Notes: generated from the sequence alone by a model not told the origin. A stretch of 64,000 nucleotides of DNA from an uncultured Actinomycetes bacterium (GCA_963705545.1 CAVPJX010000001.1:1093246-1157245), one strand, 5' to 3'. Shown: positions 40,303-51,207, numbered from the stretch's first letter. Numbers and translations: made by a program.

Positions 40303-41097
40303 TCAACGATCCGATCTTCGCGTCAGCTCCTCGTACAGCTCGCCCGCTTCGAAGCGAAGGCGTCGTAGTCGATCGACCTCGTATCGGGTGCGAAGCTCGG
40401 CCTTGGCCCCCTCCCGCTCCGCGGTCGGCTTGGCGACCCATCGCACATCTCCCGTGCCTCCGAACATCGCTCTGTCCAGCTCGCCGATCCGCTGGAACAC
40501 GCGATCGACGTTCTCGGGCGTGTGCTCGAACTCGGCGAACCGCGTCCCGAACCTCTGGTTGACGCGACGGATCACACCGCTGAAGTCAGACGTGACGTCT
40601 TCGAACGTGCACACCGAGAGGTGCTCCCGCCAGGGCAGGATCCGACGATGGAAGCGGATCCAGGCGTGCAAGGGGGGCGAAGGAGGGATCCCCCGGAGGA
40701 TCATCTGAGAAAGCACGACGGCTGAGGGCTCCCGCACGATCACCAGAACCGGCCGACGAAGACGGACCGCGCGGATGACCTGCGCGGCGGAATGAGTGTG
40801 ATGAACCACTCGGACGGGCGACGGCTGAGCGAGTTGGAAGGCGGCGACTGCGAACGTGTTACCTGATCGCCCCATGCCCTCGATCACGAGTTCGGTCGAG
40901 GGATCGACCATCCACATCTCGTCGTGTCGATGACGGATCCAGATGAGAGGCGCGTAGACGGATGGATACGCGTTCAGGAGATACCTGACCGAATACGGAA
41001 CGCCGCGGATCCACTCGCGTAGGGGTTCAGACGAAGTCGGGGGCATCTGAACCTCAGGATATGCGGTCGAGATACAAGCGGTCGAGCTTGCGTTCAT
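40303..41097 (-). CDS. sulfotransferase-like protein (ST-B, paralog of 43864..44715)
   Basis: GMGRSGNTFAVAAFQLAQ P-loop-like 5'-PSB and VIVREPSAVVLS 3'-PB-like motifs. Start possibly at the internal Met (41046). Confidence 0.6.
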   Translation of the reverse strand: MNASSTACISTAYPEVQMPPTSSEPLREWIRGVPYSVRYLLNAYPSVYAPLIWIRHRHDEMWMVDPSTELVIEGMGRSGNTFAVAAFQLAQPSPVRVVHHTHSAAQVIRAVRLRRPVLVIVREPSAVVLSQMILRGIPPSPPLHAWIRFHRRILPWREHLSVCTFEDVTSDFSGVIRRVNQRFGTRFAEFEHTPENVDRVFQRIGELDRAMFGGTGDVRWVAKPTAEREGAKAELRTRYEVDRLRRLRFEAGELYEELTRRSDR

Positions 41098-41282
41098 CCG
41101 TTCACGGCCCCAGTCCAGCGTCGCTCACGGCCGATCCGCGACGCCATCGGGCGAGCCTTCGCAGAGAGGCTCGGGGGCGATGCGTGCGATCGGTCTAGGC
41201 CGTATCGACGGATCGTCCCGAGGTTGGTTCAACTATCCTTGGTCGGACGCCCGGAGGACTCGATGACGAGGATTGCGCCGGC

Positions 41283-42723
41283 TTGAACCCAGCGGATGGA
41301 CATCGCGCCAACGAGCCCGCACCCCAGCTTCGCGCGGCGAGCGATGCTGAAGGCGCGTTGGAATCCATCCGGAGACGCCTCATCCGCGGCTCCGGATGGG
41401 TCTTGCTCGCGCGAGGCATCGGGATACCCCTCGGGGTCCTGATCAACGCGCTCCTAGCCCGCATGCTCACGAAGACGGAGTTCGGTGCCTACCTCACGTC
41501 CTTCACGTTGGTGATCATCGGCAGCGTGGTTGCGCAGCTCGGGCTGGATCGAGCCATCGTGCGCCTGGTTTCCGAGTCCCTCGGCGATCTCGCAACCAGG
41601 TCGCGCTCGTCAGACGATCCATCGGTCGTTCATGATCGGGGCGGCATCCTCGGCGACGGTGGCGATCGGGCTGATGCTCGTAGGCCCATACTTCGCGCGG
41701 ACCGTTCTCGATTCCACCCTGGTGGCGGCTGTGATGCCGCTTACGGCTGGCTGGTTGGCGGCATACTCGATCCAATCCCTCGTCGTGGAGTCGTTCCGAG
41801 GACTCCAGGACTTCCGTAGCGCGAACATGTACGACACGATCCTCACGGATGTGGCCCTGGCAACGGCCTTCGGGGTCATGTGGGTCTTCGGGCCGCGCCA
41901 AGCCACGCTCAACACGATCATCCTGATCATCTGTGCGATCACCGCGATCATCGCAACCATCGCAGGCATGCGCTTGCGTAAGCAGATCAGGATCATCCAC
42001 GGATCCGGACAGCTCCTGAGCGGCGAGATCTTCGCCATCGCGTGGCCGTCGCTCATCACGAACATCGCGAGCTACTTGCTGTCGAGCGGAACGGATCTGC
42101 TGATCCTTGGCGCCTTCCGACAACAGTCGCAGGTCGCCGTGTACGGGGCCGCGACCCGCCTGGTCATCCTCGTCGCTACCCCGCTCTGGATCCTCCGCGG
42201 GGTGTTGCCCCCGATGATCTCGGAGCTGTACGCACAGGGACACAAGCGCGAGCTCGAGCGAACGCTCCGTGCCGGGGCAACGATGGCGGGGCTCCCGTCC
42301 TTCGCTATCCTCGTGGTGTTCCTGCTCTTCGGTGGACCGGTGATGGGCCTAGCCTACGGAGCGAACTACGAGTCCGGAGCCACGGTCCTCGCGGTGCTGG
42401 CGGTGGGGAGGATGGTCGCCGTCTGGGCTGGGGCGAGCGGCGTCACGCTGCTGATGACGGGCCATCAGAAGGCGATGATGACCATCACCGTCTGCACGGG
42501 CATCGCGTCCCTGTGCGGAGGCATCCTCGTCGCTCCTCGTTTCGGATCTCTCGGGATCGCCACCGTCACCGCCACCGTCGCCGTGGTGCAGAACCTCCTC
42601 CAGATCGCGGTGGTCCGACGGAGGGTCGGCGTTTGGTCACAGATGCAGTTCTCCCCTCGGATGCTGCACCGGTTCCTCCTCGGCAGGAGGACTCAACGTG
42701 ATGTGGATGCGTCCAACGGGTAG
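41283..42723 (+). pseudogene. Wzx-type polysaccharide flippase (MOP superfamily), disrupted by a frame change near 41600-41610
   Basis: The N-terminal ~105 aa (IRRRLIRGSGWVLLARGIGIPLGVLINALLARML...LGDLATRSR) are in the frame of ORF 41283. The remaining ~375 aa (QTIHRSFMIGAASSATVAIGLMLVGPYF..., 10+ TM) are in the frame of ORF 41530. Confidence 0.7.
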
Positions 42724-43763
42724 CCGAACCGACGCATGAGGGGCCAGGCGGTCGCCGTTACGCCTCGAAGCTGGCCCCGGCTCAGTTTGCGCCTCCACTC
42801 ATCGTCGACCTGGAATCGGATCTCTCCCGTCGCCGACCGCATCCGGTTCCCTGCGATCAGGTGATCCTCTCGAAAGCGGAGCTCTCCGGACGGACCGATA
42901 GCGACATGCGAATCTTGTATGTCGATCCCGGCGAACCTCGCGACCCGACGACATTCGACCCAGGGGTCCTGGACGAAGGATTCGTACCGAAGCACTTCGG
43001 TCGGCACGCCTCGACGAGCGAGGAAGCCGAAGGACGAGTTGATCCAAGTCCACCGCAATCCGGTCTTGGAAGGGCGACGACGTACCCGATAGTCGCTGCC
43101 CTGTCTCTTGACGACCTTGAGGTTGGAATAGGCGACGCCTCGAGGGTCTCGCACGAGATGGACCACGCGGGTATCGATCGTCGGATCCAGGCTCATGGCG
43201 AACACGTGGACGGGGACCTTCATGGAGTCGACGATGACGGCGCCGCCGGCGACATCGGAGATCGCGAGATAGAGACGTGTCATCAGGTGTCGATACGCGT
43301 CGAGCTTTCGCCGAAAACTCGAGGAGAGGGAGGGGTACGTGATCAGCGGGAGTGCGAAGGGCTGCGGGAACGGAAGGTCCTTCAAGACGAGCGAGTTCCG
43401 GAGCGCGGTCGCCGCCTCGGCGTCGAATCCGGCCCACCCTCCGAAGGCGCGATCACCGACGCTCGACCAGAACGGACAATCTCGAACCGAGGATCCACAC
43501 CCGCAGGCACGCCCGTCGATCAGCGCCTTGTCCCAGAGATGGCCGATCTCCCCGATCGCGCAGAAACCGGGTATCCCTCCGATGATCCGAGAGAAGACGG
43601 TCGCCCCGTTCTGCCCGGTCCCCGCCACCAACAAGACACGAACGCTCCCGACCCCCACCGATCCCCTTCGTTCCGTACATGACCCGGAGTCTGAGCAACC
43701 ACGGGTTGTATCGAAGTCTACTGTTATCCTCCGACGGTGAGAGGAGACGGACGCTTGGATCAA
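42693..43763 (-). CDS. sulfotransferase family protein with Cys-rich insertion (ST-C)
   Basis: LLVAGTGQNGATVFS 5'-PSB-like and HLVRDPRGVAYSN 3'-PB motifs. Insertion GRACGCGSSVRDCPFW. The N-terminal ~35 aa of the ORF are probably not translated. Confidence 0.65.
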   Translation of the reverse strand: MIQASVSSHRRRITVDFDTTRGCSDSGSCTERRGSVGVGSVRVLLVAGTGQNGATVFSRIIGGIPGFCAIGEIGHLWDKALIDGRACGCGSSVRDCPFWSSVGDRAFGGWAGFDAEAATALRNSLVLKDLPFPQPFALPLITYPSLSSSFRRKLDAYRHLMTRLYLAISDVAGGAVIVDSMKVPVHVFAMSLDPTIDTRVVHLVRDPRGVAYSNLKVVKRQGSDYRVRRRPSKTGLRWTWINSSFGFLARRGVPTEVLRYESFVQDPWVECRRVARFAGIDIQDSHVAIGPSGELRFREDHLIAGNRMRSATGEIRFQVDDEWRRKLSRGQLRGVTATAWPLMRRFGYPLDASTSR

Positions 43764-43863
43764 CCGCCGTTGCTCCCACGAACACGTTCTCTCGAGCGAC
43801 CGTCGGCGAAGTGGGAGAGAGGGCGGACTCCATCTCGAACGGTGGCAGGATGAAGCCCCGGAG

Positions 43864-44715
43864 TTGACGCTGACTCCTCGATCCGTCGGTCGGACCGTCG
43901 AGGACCACAGCCTGGGAGCGAGGCTTCAGGCTGCGCGCTGGGTGTTACGGAACCGCATCGCCGAGCACCCGCGCCTCTATCTACCGGTCGCTGGTCGCAG
44001 GTATCCGGACGCGGTTCTCACCGACGAGACCGACCTGGTGATCGACGGTTTCACCCGCTCGGCTGTGACCTTCACATCGATCGCTTTCCAGCTGGCGCAG
44101 AGCACGCGGGTGCGTGTCGCGTTCACCCTCCATTCGGTTGGTCACATCCTCGCCGCGGCTGAGCGTGGCGTTCCAGCGCTCGTCACGATCCGGGACCCGG
44201 ACCAAGTCGCCCTCTCCGCGGTCATCCGGGAGCCCTTCCTCTCCATCGGCGACGTCATGGCAGCCTATTCGCGCTTCTACGGCAGACTCTGGCCCGTTCG
44301 ACGATCCCTCGCGGTCGTCAGTTTCGACCAGGTCGTTACCGATCTCGGATCCGTGATCAGACAGCTCAACGCCCAGTTCAGCACCTCCTTCGACGAGTTC
44401 GAACACACGGAACAGAACGTGCGTCTGTGTTACGGCATCATCGACGATCGATCCAAGCGGGAACCGTGGCTGCGTGCGATCGGTTGGTTCCAAGGGGGCA
44501 AGATCACGTACGAGGCGTATCTCCAGGCGGTGGAATCCAGGAGATCAGCCGCGGGGCCGGACCGACAGGTCCCGGAACGGAGCGTCCCTCGACCCTCGCG
44601 CCAACGGGAGGCCTTCAAGGACAGGATCCGAGAAGCGCTCGGGGATCCTCGGATCATGGGCGTTCGCACCAGGGCGCTGCTGACGTATCGGTCATTCCTT
44701 CAAGACGAGCGGTAA
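43864..44715 (+). CDS. sulfotransferase-like protein (ST-D, paralog of 40303..41097)
   Basis: LVIDGFTRSAVTFTSIAFQLAQ and LVTIRDPDQVALSAV (RDP....S) motifs. Blocks alignable with the ST-B product. Confidence 0.6.
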   Translation: MTLTPRSVGRTVEDHSLGARLQAARWVLRNRIAEHPRLYLPVAGRRYPDAVLTDETDLVIDGFTRSAVTFTSIAFQLAQSTRVRVAFTLHSVGHILAAAERGVPALVTIRDPDQVALSAVIREPFLSIGDVMAAYSRFYGRLWPVRRSLAVVSFDQVVTDLGSVIRQLNAQFSTSFDEFEHTEQNVRLCYGIIDDRSKREPWLRAIGWFQGGKITYEAYLQAVESRRSAAGPDRQVPERSVPRPSRQREAFKDRIREALGDPRIMGVRTRALLTYRSFLQDER

Positions 44716-44787
44716 TCCTGGGTGCGATCGTCGCGATCCGCCGGAGCTAAGGAGTCCCGCGTCGTCGCGCGCGATCCCCGATCAGCT

Positions 44788-45759
44788 TCAGAACGGCCAG
44801 ATCTCGAGCCCGTGGATCGCGTTCCTCAGGTCCATCGAGAGGTTGACGGTCGCGATCACTTCGGGGGGGTCGAAGCGGTACAGCGAGACCGTCGCCGGTG
44901 AGGATCCGGCCACGAAGGTATCGCCATCGCCAACCACCGCCAGCCCGCGGCCGAACGCCTGCCGAGCCATGTCCCGCGTGACGTCGGAGTGCCGCAGATC
45001 CTCCCTCGCGTATCGCTTGATCGGCCAGGATCGCAGAAGCCGACCTCGACGATCAACGTACGCGACCCGGTCGGTGGCGGTGTGATTCATGAGGGCGCCC
45101 GCTCTGAACGGCCGTGCGTTGTGCGTCCCGTAGGGGACGTGTGCGTAGCGGGTCAACCGGTCCTCGCCGATCCTCCATAACGTCCCGGCGTTCACTCCGC
45201 AGCAGAACAACCCCGAAGCTTCTGCCACCACGCTGTTGATATGGATCGTGTCTCCGGCCGCAGGGCCGTCATCCGCCTCGGGATCGAACGAGACGAACGA
45301 AGGTCGGGGCCTCACCCCGAGCCGGCGCCGACCCTTCCAGGCGGAGCCGTATCGCAGCACGTAGCCACGTGTGAACCGCTCTGCCAAGAGATCGTATTCC
45401 AGCACGCTGTCGAAGCCGGTTGAGGTCACGAACAGGCGATCGCCCGCGACGCAGATCTCGTGACAATGACGAAGGTATCGATTGCCGAATGAACCGAGCG
45501 GCTCCAATTGGCGATCGAACACGAAGATCTCGTCGCTAGCCGCAAGGAAGACTCGCTCCCGATGGAACGCGATCCCGCGGAGACCGCGGTCCCCACCACG
45601 GCCCTCCCAGTCGATCGACGCTGCGTTCCAGTCGATGCGTTGATCCACCGACCCGGTCGCCATATCCACGAGGTAGACACCGCCGTGACTCTGACCTTGA
45701 TCGGCGGACCGAACGACCGAGCTCACGATCACCTTGGGTGGCCTCTTACTCGACGCCAT
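44788..45759 (-). CDS. conserved hypothetical protein (possible beta-propeller-like fold)
   Basis: 339-aa ORF without stops in the glycan locus. Start taken at the internal Met (MASSKRPPK); the alternative start is 45807. Confidence 0.45.
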   Translation of the reverse strand: MASSKRPPKVIVSSVVRSADQGQSHGGVYLVDMATGSVDQRIDWNAASIDWEGRGGDRGLRGIAFHRERVFLAASDEIFVFDRQLEPLGSFGNRYLRHCHEICVAGDRLFVTSTGFDSVLEYDLLAERFTRGYVLRYGSAWKGRRRLGVRPRPSFVSFDPEADDGPAAGDTIHINSVVAEASGLFCCGVNAGTLWRIGEDRLTRYAHVPYGTHNARPFRAGALMNHTATDRVAYVDRRGRLLRSWPIKRYAREDLRHSDVTRDMARQAFGRGLAVVGDGDTFVAGSSPATVSLYRFDPPEVIATVNLSMDLRNAIHGLEIWPF

Positions 45760-45828
45760 CGGTTGCTCAGAAGGTGCCGTATTCAACGGTCCCCTCGGCC
45801 CCGTCATGCAACGACCCGGCAGCGCGCA

Positions 45829-47127
45829 TCACCATCGGACGCTCCCGCCAGCGAGCGCTGGAGGGGTTGTCGAGACGCCTCGGCCAGGCTCCTGAGTCTC
45901 CCGATCGTCCGCATCCTCCCCTTCCTCGCCGGACGTCCTGCCATCTCGCACGACCAGCATGGCCAAGCCGTACGTCATGCCGATCACGGCGGAACGCGAC
46001 ATCCCCTCCAAGACCGGATTGAAGGCAGCCGCCACGAAGAAACAGTTGAAGCCCACCAACAGGAGGCGCACGAGCCCGGCACGTGTGTCTCTCGCCTGGG
46101 CCACGAAGTTCCTGTGTGCCCGTGTCAGGGTGATGTTCAACGTCAGGATGAAGGCGAGCAAGAGACCGAGCCCGACCAGTCCGCCCTCTCTCAGGAAGAG
46201 GACGTAATCGTTGTGGAACGGAAGCTGGATGACCGTTCCATTCCGCGATCTGATCGTCTGCGCCACCGTCCCGCCGGTGAACGCATTGCCGAAGAAGGGG
46301 GACGTCTTCCAATCCTCGATCCCGGAACTCCATATCGCCACCCGAACACTGCTCGCGTTCGACTTGCCGACCGCGACGAAGTAGTCCCCGGTGACCTCTT
46401 CAACGCGCGACACATGAGCGAGCGCGAAGAGGGTCGCCAGCAAGGCGATCGACGCGAAGACGTAGGGCCGTGCTCGCGAAGCCCGGGGTTTCGTGACGCT
46501 GAACGTAACGATGGTCGCGATCACACAGAGGATCGATGTAGCCGATGGATAGGCGGCGAAGTTCGCTGCCTCCAGCCCGCAGAGAGCCACAAGCAACCAC
46601 CGTCGTCTCGCCACGATCGCCCCGGCGATCCCGAACATGACGAAGGTGAACTGCGCATTCCGGAATTGCTTGTACTTGGCAAGATCCGGAAGGACGCCGG
46701 AGTTGACGAGCGCCGCAACGAGGAGGTACAAGGCCCCGACCAGGGTGATCGCCAGGAGGATCCTCTTGCACTCGTCATCCGTCGGCGACCGAAGGACGAG
46801 CAGGTAGAGGATCGCGAGCGACAACGGCAGGAACACGACCCTCGCAGAGGTACCCGATCCCTGGATCATCGACGCGTACAGGGACCCGGCGAGCCCCATG
46901 AGCAAGATCGCGAGGAAGATCTTGTCGGTAACGGTCGTCGTGCGCACGTATGGGGTTCTAAGGCGGGTCCAGTCGTAGAGAACGACGATCACGGGCACCG
47001 CGAGGATCAGGTACTTCTTCGAGCCGCCACGGTCGAAGAAGTTGAATATGTCCATGGCCGTAACGAACATGATGAAGACGGTGACCCTCGCGTACCGGTA
47101 GCCTTCTGTCGATGGGCCTCGACCCAT
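45829..47127 (-). CDS. O-antigen ligase/polymerase (Wzy_C) family membrane protein
   Basis: About 10 TM helices with a large periplasmic loop carrying AIWSSGIEDW...NAFTGG...HNDYVLFL, typical of the O-antigen ligase family. Start chosen downstream of the convergently overlapping ORF head. Confidence 0.7.
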   Translation of the reverse strand: MGRGPSTEGYRYARVTVFIMFVTAMDIFNFFDRGGSKKYLILAVPVIVVLYDWTRLRTPYVRTTTVTDKIFLAILLMGLAGSLYASMIQGSGTSARVVFLPLSLAILYLLVLRSPTDDECKRILLAITLVGALYLLVAALVNSGVLPDLAKYKQFRNAQFTFVMFGIAGAIVARRRWLLVALCGLEAANFAAYPSATSILCVIATIVTFSVTKPRASRARPYVFASIALLATLFALAHVSRVEEVTGDYFVAVGKSNASSVRVAIWSSGIEDWKTSPFFGNAFTGGTVAQTIRSRNGTVIQLPFHNDYVLFLREGGLVGLGLLLAFILTLNITLTRAHRNFVAQARDTRAGLVRLLLVGFNCFFVAAAFNPVLEGMSRSAVIGMTYGLAMLVVRDGRTSGEEGEDADDRETQEPGRGVSTTPPALAGGSVRW

Positions 47128-47224
47128 GGCCCTCGCGCTCACAGGATCACCCGCCCGGACAAGGCTGTTCGCGCAGCCCGAGCGCGACGTCCCGTGGGCA
47201 GCTCGAACGCATACCGTGACGCCG

Positions 47225-48397
47225 TCACCGTGACCCCGCCAAGTCGAGTCGATCACCCATCGCCATCCGATACTCGGATTCCAGGGCGGCCAGCCCTCGC
47301 TCAGGAGTGAATCGATCACGCCACGCCCTCAAGGCTTCGTTCCCCATCCGTTCGCTCTCGGCGTCGTCGAGCAATCGTCCCACGACTTCCGCCCACGCCG
47401 CCGGGTCGTCGACGGTCGCGAGGTAGCCGGTCTTCCCGGATTCCACGGCCTCTGGCAGTGCGCCGACATCACTCGCGATCACCGGAACCCCGGCGGCATA
47501 CGCCTCGGTGATCACCCGGGGGGCTGCTTCGTACCACCGCGAGGGGATGAGAACCGCGCGCGCCGAGGCCAGGAGATCTGGCACTTCCTCGGCAGCCACC
47601 GCTCCGAGGAACGACACGCCGGGCGGGGCCTCAGACCGAAGCTTCGGCGCTTCCGGTCCATCTCCTGCGATCAAGAGCCTCGCCTTCGGGCTCGACCTCC
47701 AAGCCGATATCAGCGTGTCGACACCCTTCTCGTGAGCGATCCTTCCGAGGAAGAGGAAGTAGTCACCGGCTCCTCGCCTGATCCGCGCCGGGGGTGTGAA
47801 GTTCGGTTTGACTCCGATCGCCCCTGGCGCGATGCCCGCATCGATGTGTCGATCTCGAACGAAGTTGCTCACCGCTAGGTACCTGGAGACGGAGTCGAAC
47901 GTTCCGATCCCTCGATGGAGGGTGACGGACGCAGCCACCGCGGCGCTCCCTGCGACCGACCCTCGGTAACAGCGGTGAACGACACCCCTCCATGGCACGT
48001 GGCCGAGACAGTCCTCGCATGGGCGATCTCCGCGGAGGAGATTGGCTGGGAGGCACATCAGCCGGTAGTTGTGGAGTGTGATGACCGTCGCGGCGCCCCC
48101 GCGTCTCCCAGCCCGCAAGACCGCCGGCGACAATGCCGGGAAGAGGTTGTGTGCGTGAACGATGTCCACGCTCTCTTTGGCCACGAAATCCCGTACGACG
48201 CGGTAGGCGTGTGAAGACCAGATCGTCGAGATCCCGGCCCGCACCTGCTCCGAGAACGTCGATGCGACGGGCTCCGGCGTGAATCGCCACACATCGTGGC
48301 CGGCCCGTCGCAGCAACGCTGCTTCATCCTCCAGCACGCGGTTCTCACCCGAGGTCGGCCCGGAGAGGTATCGCGAGTGGACGAGGAGGATGCGCAT
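47225..48397 (-). CDS. family 4 (GT-B) glycosyltransferase
   Basis: MRILLVHSRY N-terminus and the C-terminal EAAPRVITEAYAAGVPVIASDVGALPE (EX7E-like) motif. Confidence 0.8.
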   Translation of the reverse strand: MRILLVHSRYLSGPTSGENRVLEDEAALLRRAGHDVWRFTPEPVASTFSEQVRAGISTIWSSHAYRVVRDFVAKESVDIVHAHNLFPALSPAVLRAGRRGGAATVITLHNYRLMCLPANLLRGDRPCEDCLGHVPWRGVVHRCYRGSVAGSAAVAASVTLHRGIGTFDSVSRYLAVSNFVRDRHIDAGIAPGAIGVKPNFTPPARIRRGAGDYFLFLGRIAHEKGVDTLISAWRSSPKARLLIAGDGPEAPKLRSEAPPGVSFLGAVAAEEVPDLLASARAVLIPSRWYEAAPRVITEAYAAGVPVIASDVGALPEAVESGKTGYLATVDDPAAWAEVVGRLLDDAESERMGNEALRAWRDRFTPERGLAALESEYRMAMGDRLDLAGSR

Positions 48398-48759
48398 CGT
48401 AGTATCCGCTGTCATCGAGGCAGCGATCGCGCGCGGGATCGTTTCCAGACACGTGGCGGATGGTAGTCGGTTGCCCTCGGCCCAGGCATCGGTCCCAAGA
48501 CTCCGGCGTTCGGCCACGTCTCACCATCCGCCCTAGAACCATCCCCATGGATCGCGAACCGATTTGCCTTTCGGCGCGCCACCGGATCGTGTTCCGTCGG
48601 ACGCATCTCTCTCGCGCATGCGCAGAGCGTGCGGGCCGACACGTCCGTTGACGCGGACCCCGCAACCCGTGCCCTCGGTCGACGGATCCGGGAGCAGGTC
48701 CGCGCGGATCTGCAACGGCGCCCCTGATATCCTTCCCTGATGACTACCTCGTTGCCTTC

Positions 48760-49647
48760 GTGACGGGAGCGACGTCCAGCCGGCGACGAGAGGACCCTGT
48801 CGTGATCTTCCTGCATGTCGGGAAGACGGCTGGCACGACCATCAGGCAGATCCTTCGGAGACAGTATCCGCCACGAGACACCCTGGTCATCCTGAATCCT
48901 CCGCTCCGAGACGCGGGAAGATCGGAACGGCTGACACGGGAGCGGACGCTAGACTACTTCGCTTCCCTGCCCGAGGCGGAGCGCAACCGGCCCTCGTTGA
49001 TCATCGGACACATCGTCTTCGGCTTACACCGGTTCATCAGTCGTCCCGCCACCTACTTCACCCTCCTCCGCGACCCGGTAGCGCTGACGGTCTCGCAATA
49101 CAACTTCGTGCGTCGGACGCCTAACCATCCGCTTCATGATGATGCCCGCACCCGATCCCTAGAGGACTACGTCAAGAGTGGGATCAGCCTTGAGACCGAC
49201 AACAGCCAAACGCGAGCGCTCTCCGGAGACCGAACGACACCGTTCGGTGGGTGCACCGAGCGATTGCTCTCGGAAGCGAGATCGAACGCTGAGGCGTCGT
49301 TCGCCGTCGTCGGCCTCGTCGAGCGGTTCGACGAGTCCCTACTGCTGCTCAAGGATGCCTTCGGTTGGAGAGACCCCTTCTACCTGCGAACCAACGTGAG
49401 CCGCGCTCGGAAGGATCCACTCCCCTCCGGCGTTCGAGCGCGGATCGAGGAGCAGAATCGGTTCGATATGGAGCTGTACTCGTGGGCGACAGCCCGCTTC
49501 CAACGGACCGTCGAGGAGACGCCCGATCTCGAGGACGCTCTCCAGAGGTTCCATCGGGCGAACCGATCCCATGCCCCGATCGGCTGGCTGACCGAGGCGC
49601 TCCCGAGACAGATCGTCCGTAGCGCTAGGAGGGTCGCCAAGAAGTAG
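48760..49647 (+). CDS. sulfotransferase family 2-like protein (ST-E)
   Basis: IFLHVGKTAGTTI (HxPKTGGT-type 5'-PSB) and LLRDPVALTVSQY (RDP....S 3'-PB). GTG start. Confidence 0.7.
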   Translation: MTGATSSRRREDPVVIFLHVGKTAGTTIRQILRRQYPPRDTLVILNPPLRDAGRSERLTRERTLDYFASLPEAERNRPSLIIGHIVFGLHRFISRPATYFTLLRDPVALTVSQYNFVRRTPNHPLHDDARTRSLEDYVKSGISLETDNSQTRALSGDRTTPFGGCTERLLSEARSNAEASFAVVGLVERFDESLLLLKDAFGWRDPFYLRTNVSRARKDPLPSGVRARIEEQNRFDMELYSWATARFQRTVEETPDLEDALQRFHRANRSHAPIGWLTEALPRQIVRSARRVAKK

Positions 49648-49692
49648 GCGCAGCCCGAGGCCAACCGAGGTGCGGTCGAGCGGACAACCCCC

Positions 49693-51207
49693 TCACGGAA
49701 TCGACTTCACGCTCTCGCAGTCCACCGCGACGTCGTTGCCGAGTCCCCCGATGCAAACATCGAAGCCTGGGCCGCCGATCAGGAGGTCGTTGCCGTCTCC
49801 GCTCGTCAGCCTGTCGTCGCCGTCCCCGCCCTCCAAGCGGTCGTCGTCGGGCCCACCGAGGAGCACGTCGGCGCCACCGCGTCCGTAGAGTCCGTCCGCG
49901 CCGACGGCACCCTTCAGCGTGTCGTCTCCCTCCCCTCCGTCGATCACGTCATTTCCCGCAGACCCGACGATCAGGTCGAGCCCTACCTCTCCCATCAGCG
50001 TGTCGTCGCCACCTCCACCGGTCACCGAATCGTCGTCCGAACCCGCGCAGATAACGTCGTGTCCACCGCGACCTTCTACGTCGTCATTGCCCGCGAGGGT
50101 GGAGATGACATCCGCCTGTGCGGTTCCAAGGATGGCGTCGCCTCCCGCCGTTCCGATGATCGTGGCAGGCAAGCCCGCACAGGTCTCCGGCAGCACGGCG
50201 TCCACCTGGTGGTTCGAGACGACCACCTCGATCGGATCGTGGAACGTGTCGACCACGCCGGGGACAGGAGAGACGGGCGTCTGGGTCCCGGTAAAGGGGT
50301 CGACGCGAACGATGCCGCCCCCGACATCTCCGTACGTACCGTCACCCGCGAAACCGTCTTGGCTTGCCACGAGGATCTGACCTTGTCCGTCCACCGACAC
50401 ACCGGAGGTGGCGTGGAGGAAGCCATCTGAGGTGAGCTTCGATTGGCCCCCGGTGGTCCGATCGACGCGGATCACGCCGCCACTCGAATTGGTGTAGGCG
50501 TTCTCGTCTCCGACGATGACGTTCCCCGAGGGCTCGACCGCGATGCCGAGCGGGGTGAGGAAGTCGCCCTGCGGGGAAACCACGGCCTGAGCTCCGGTCA
50601 CGGGGTCGATCCCGATCACCCGACCCCCACCCCCGCCCGCCGTGTGTTCATCGGCGACCAGGATGTATCCGCTCGGGTCGAGCGTGACGCCCCTCGGGTT
50701 CCGCAGGAAGCCATCGTGGGCGAGGACGGTCTGCAACCCGGTCACGGGATCGACGCGGAAGACCGCTCCGTTCCCCTGGGGAGGGATCGCCGCCGGATCC
50801 ACGACGATGAGGCTCCCATCGGCCTCGATAGCGACGTCGGAGGGGGCCTTGAACATTCCTCCCTCGGATATGATGGTCTGCAACCCCGTCGCGAGATCGA
50901 GGCGGATCAGCGCACCCGGGCCTCCTCGCGCATCTTGATCAGCGATGATGAGTCGCCCGCCGGCATCCATCGCAGCTCCGAAGGGGTCCTTGAGGTACCC
51001 ATCCGCGGCGATCAGGGTCTGCGTCCCCGAAACCGGGTCGACCTTGAGGACCTTCCCGTTACCCGAGATGTCACGGTCGACGACGATGAGATCCCCGATG
51101 TTGACGACAGGCTCCGCCGACGCTACGGTCGGCGCGAGGAGCGTTGCGGAGAAGATGATCCCGCAGACCGCGATCCGCAGGATGTTGAGCCGAGTAGGGA
51201 AGGTCAT
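49693..51207 (-). CDS. secreted NHL-repeat beta-propeller protein with C-terminal RTX-type Ca-binding beta-roll repeats
   Basis: Signal peptide. Six repeats of VDPVTG.QT...DG.L..P.G.. and about eight nonapeptides GGxGxDxL/V ([31 protein letters not shown] and others). Confidence 0.7.
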   Translation of the reverse strand: MTFPTRLNILRIAVCGIIFSATLLAPTVASAEPVVNIGDLIVVDRDISGNGKVLKVDPVSGTQTLIAADGYLKDPFGAAMDAGGRLIIADQDARGGPGALIRLDLATGLQTIISEGGMFKAPSDVAIEADGSLIVVDPAAIPPQGNGAVFRVDPVTGLQTVLAHDGFLRNPRGVTLDPSGYILVADEHTAGGGGGRVIGIDPVTGAQAVVSPQGDFLTPLGIAVEPSGNVIVGDENAYTNSSGGVIRVDRTTGGQSKLTSDGFLHATSGVSVDGQGQILVASQDGFAGDGTYGDVGGGIVRVDPFTGTQTPVSPVPGVVDTFHDPIEVVVSNHQVDAVLPETCAGLPATIIGTAGGDAILGTAQADVISTLAGNDDVEGRGGHDVICAGSDDDSVTGGGGDDTLMGEVGLDLIVGSAGNDVIDGGEGDDTLKGAVGADGLYGRGGADVLLGGPDDDRLEGGDGDDRLTSGDGNDLLIGGPGFDVCIGGLGNDVAVDCESVKSIP

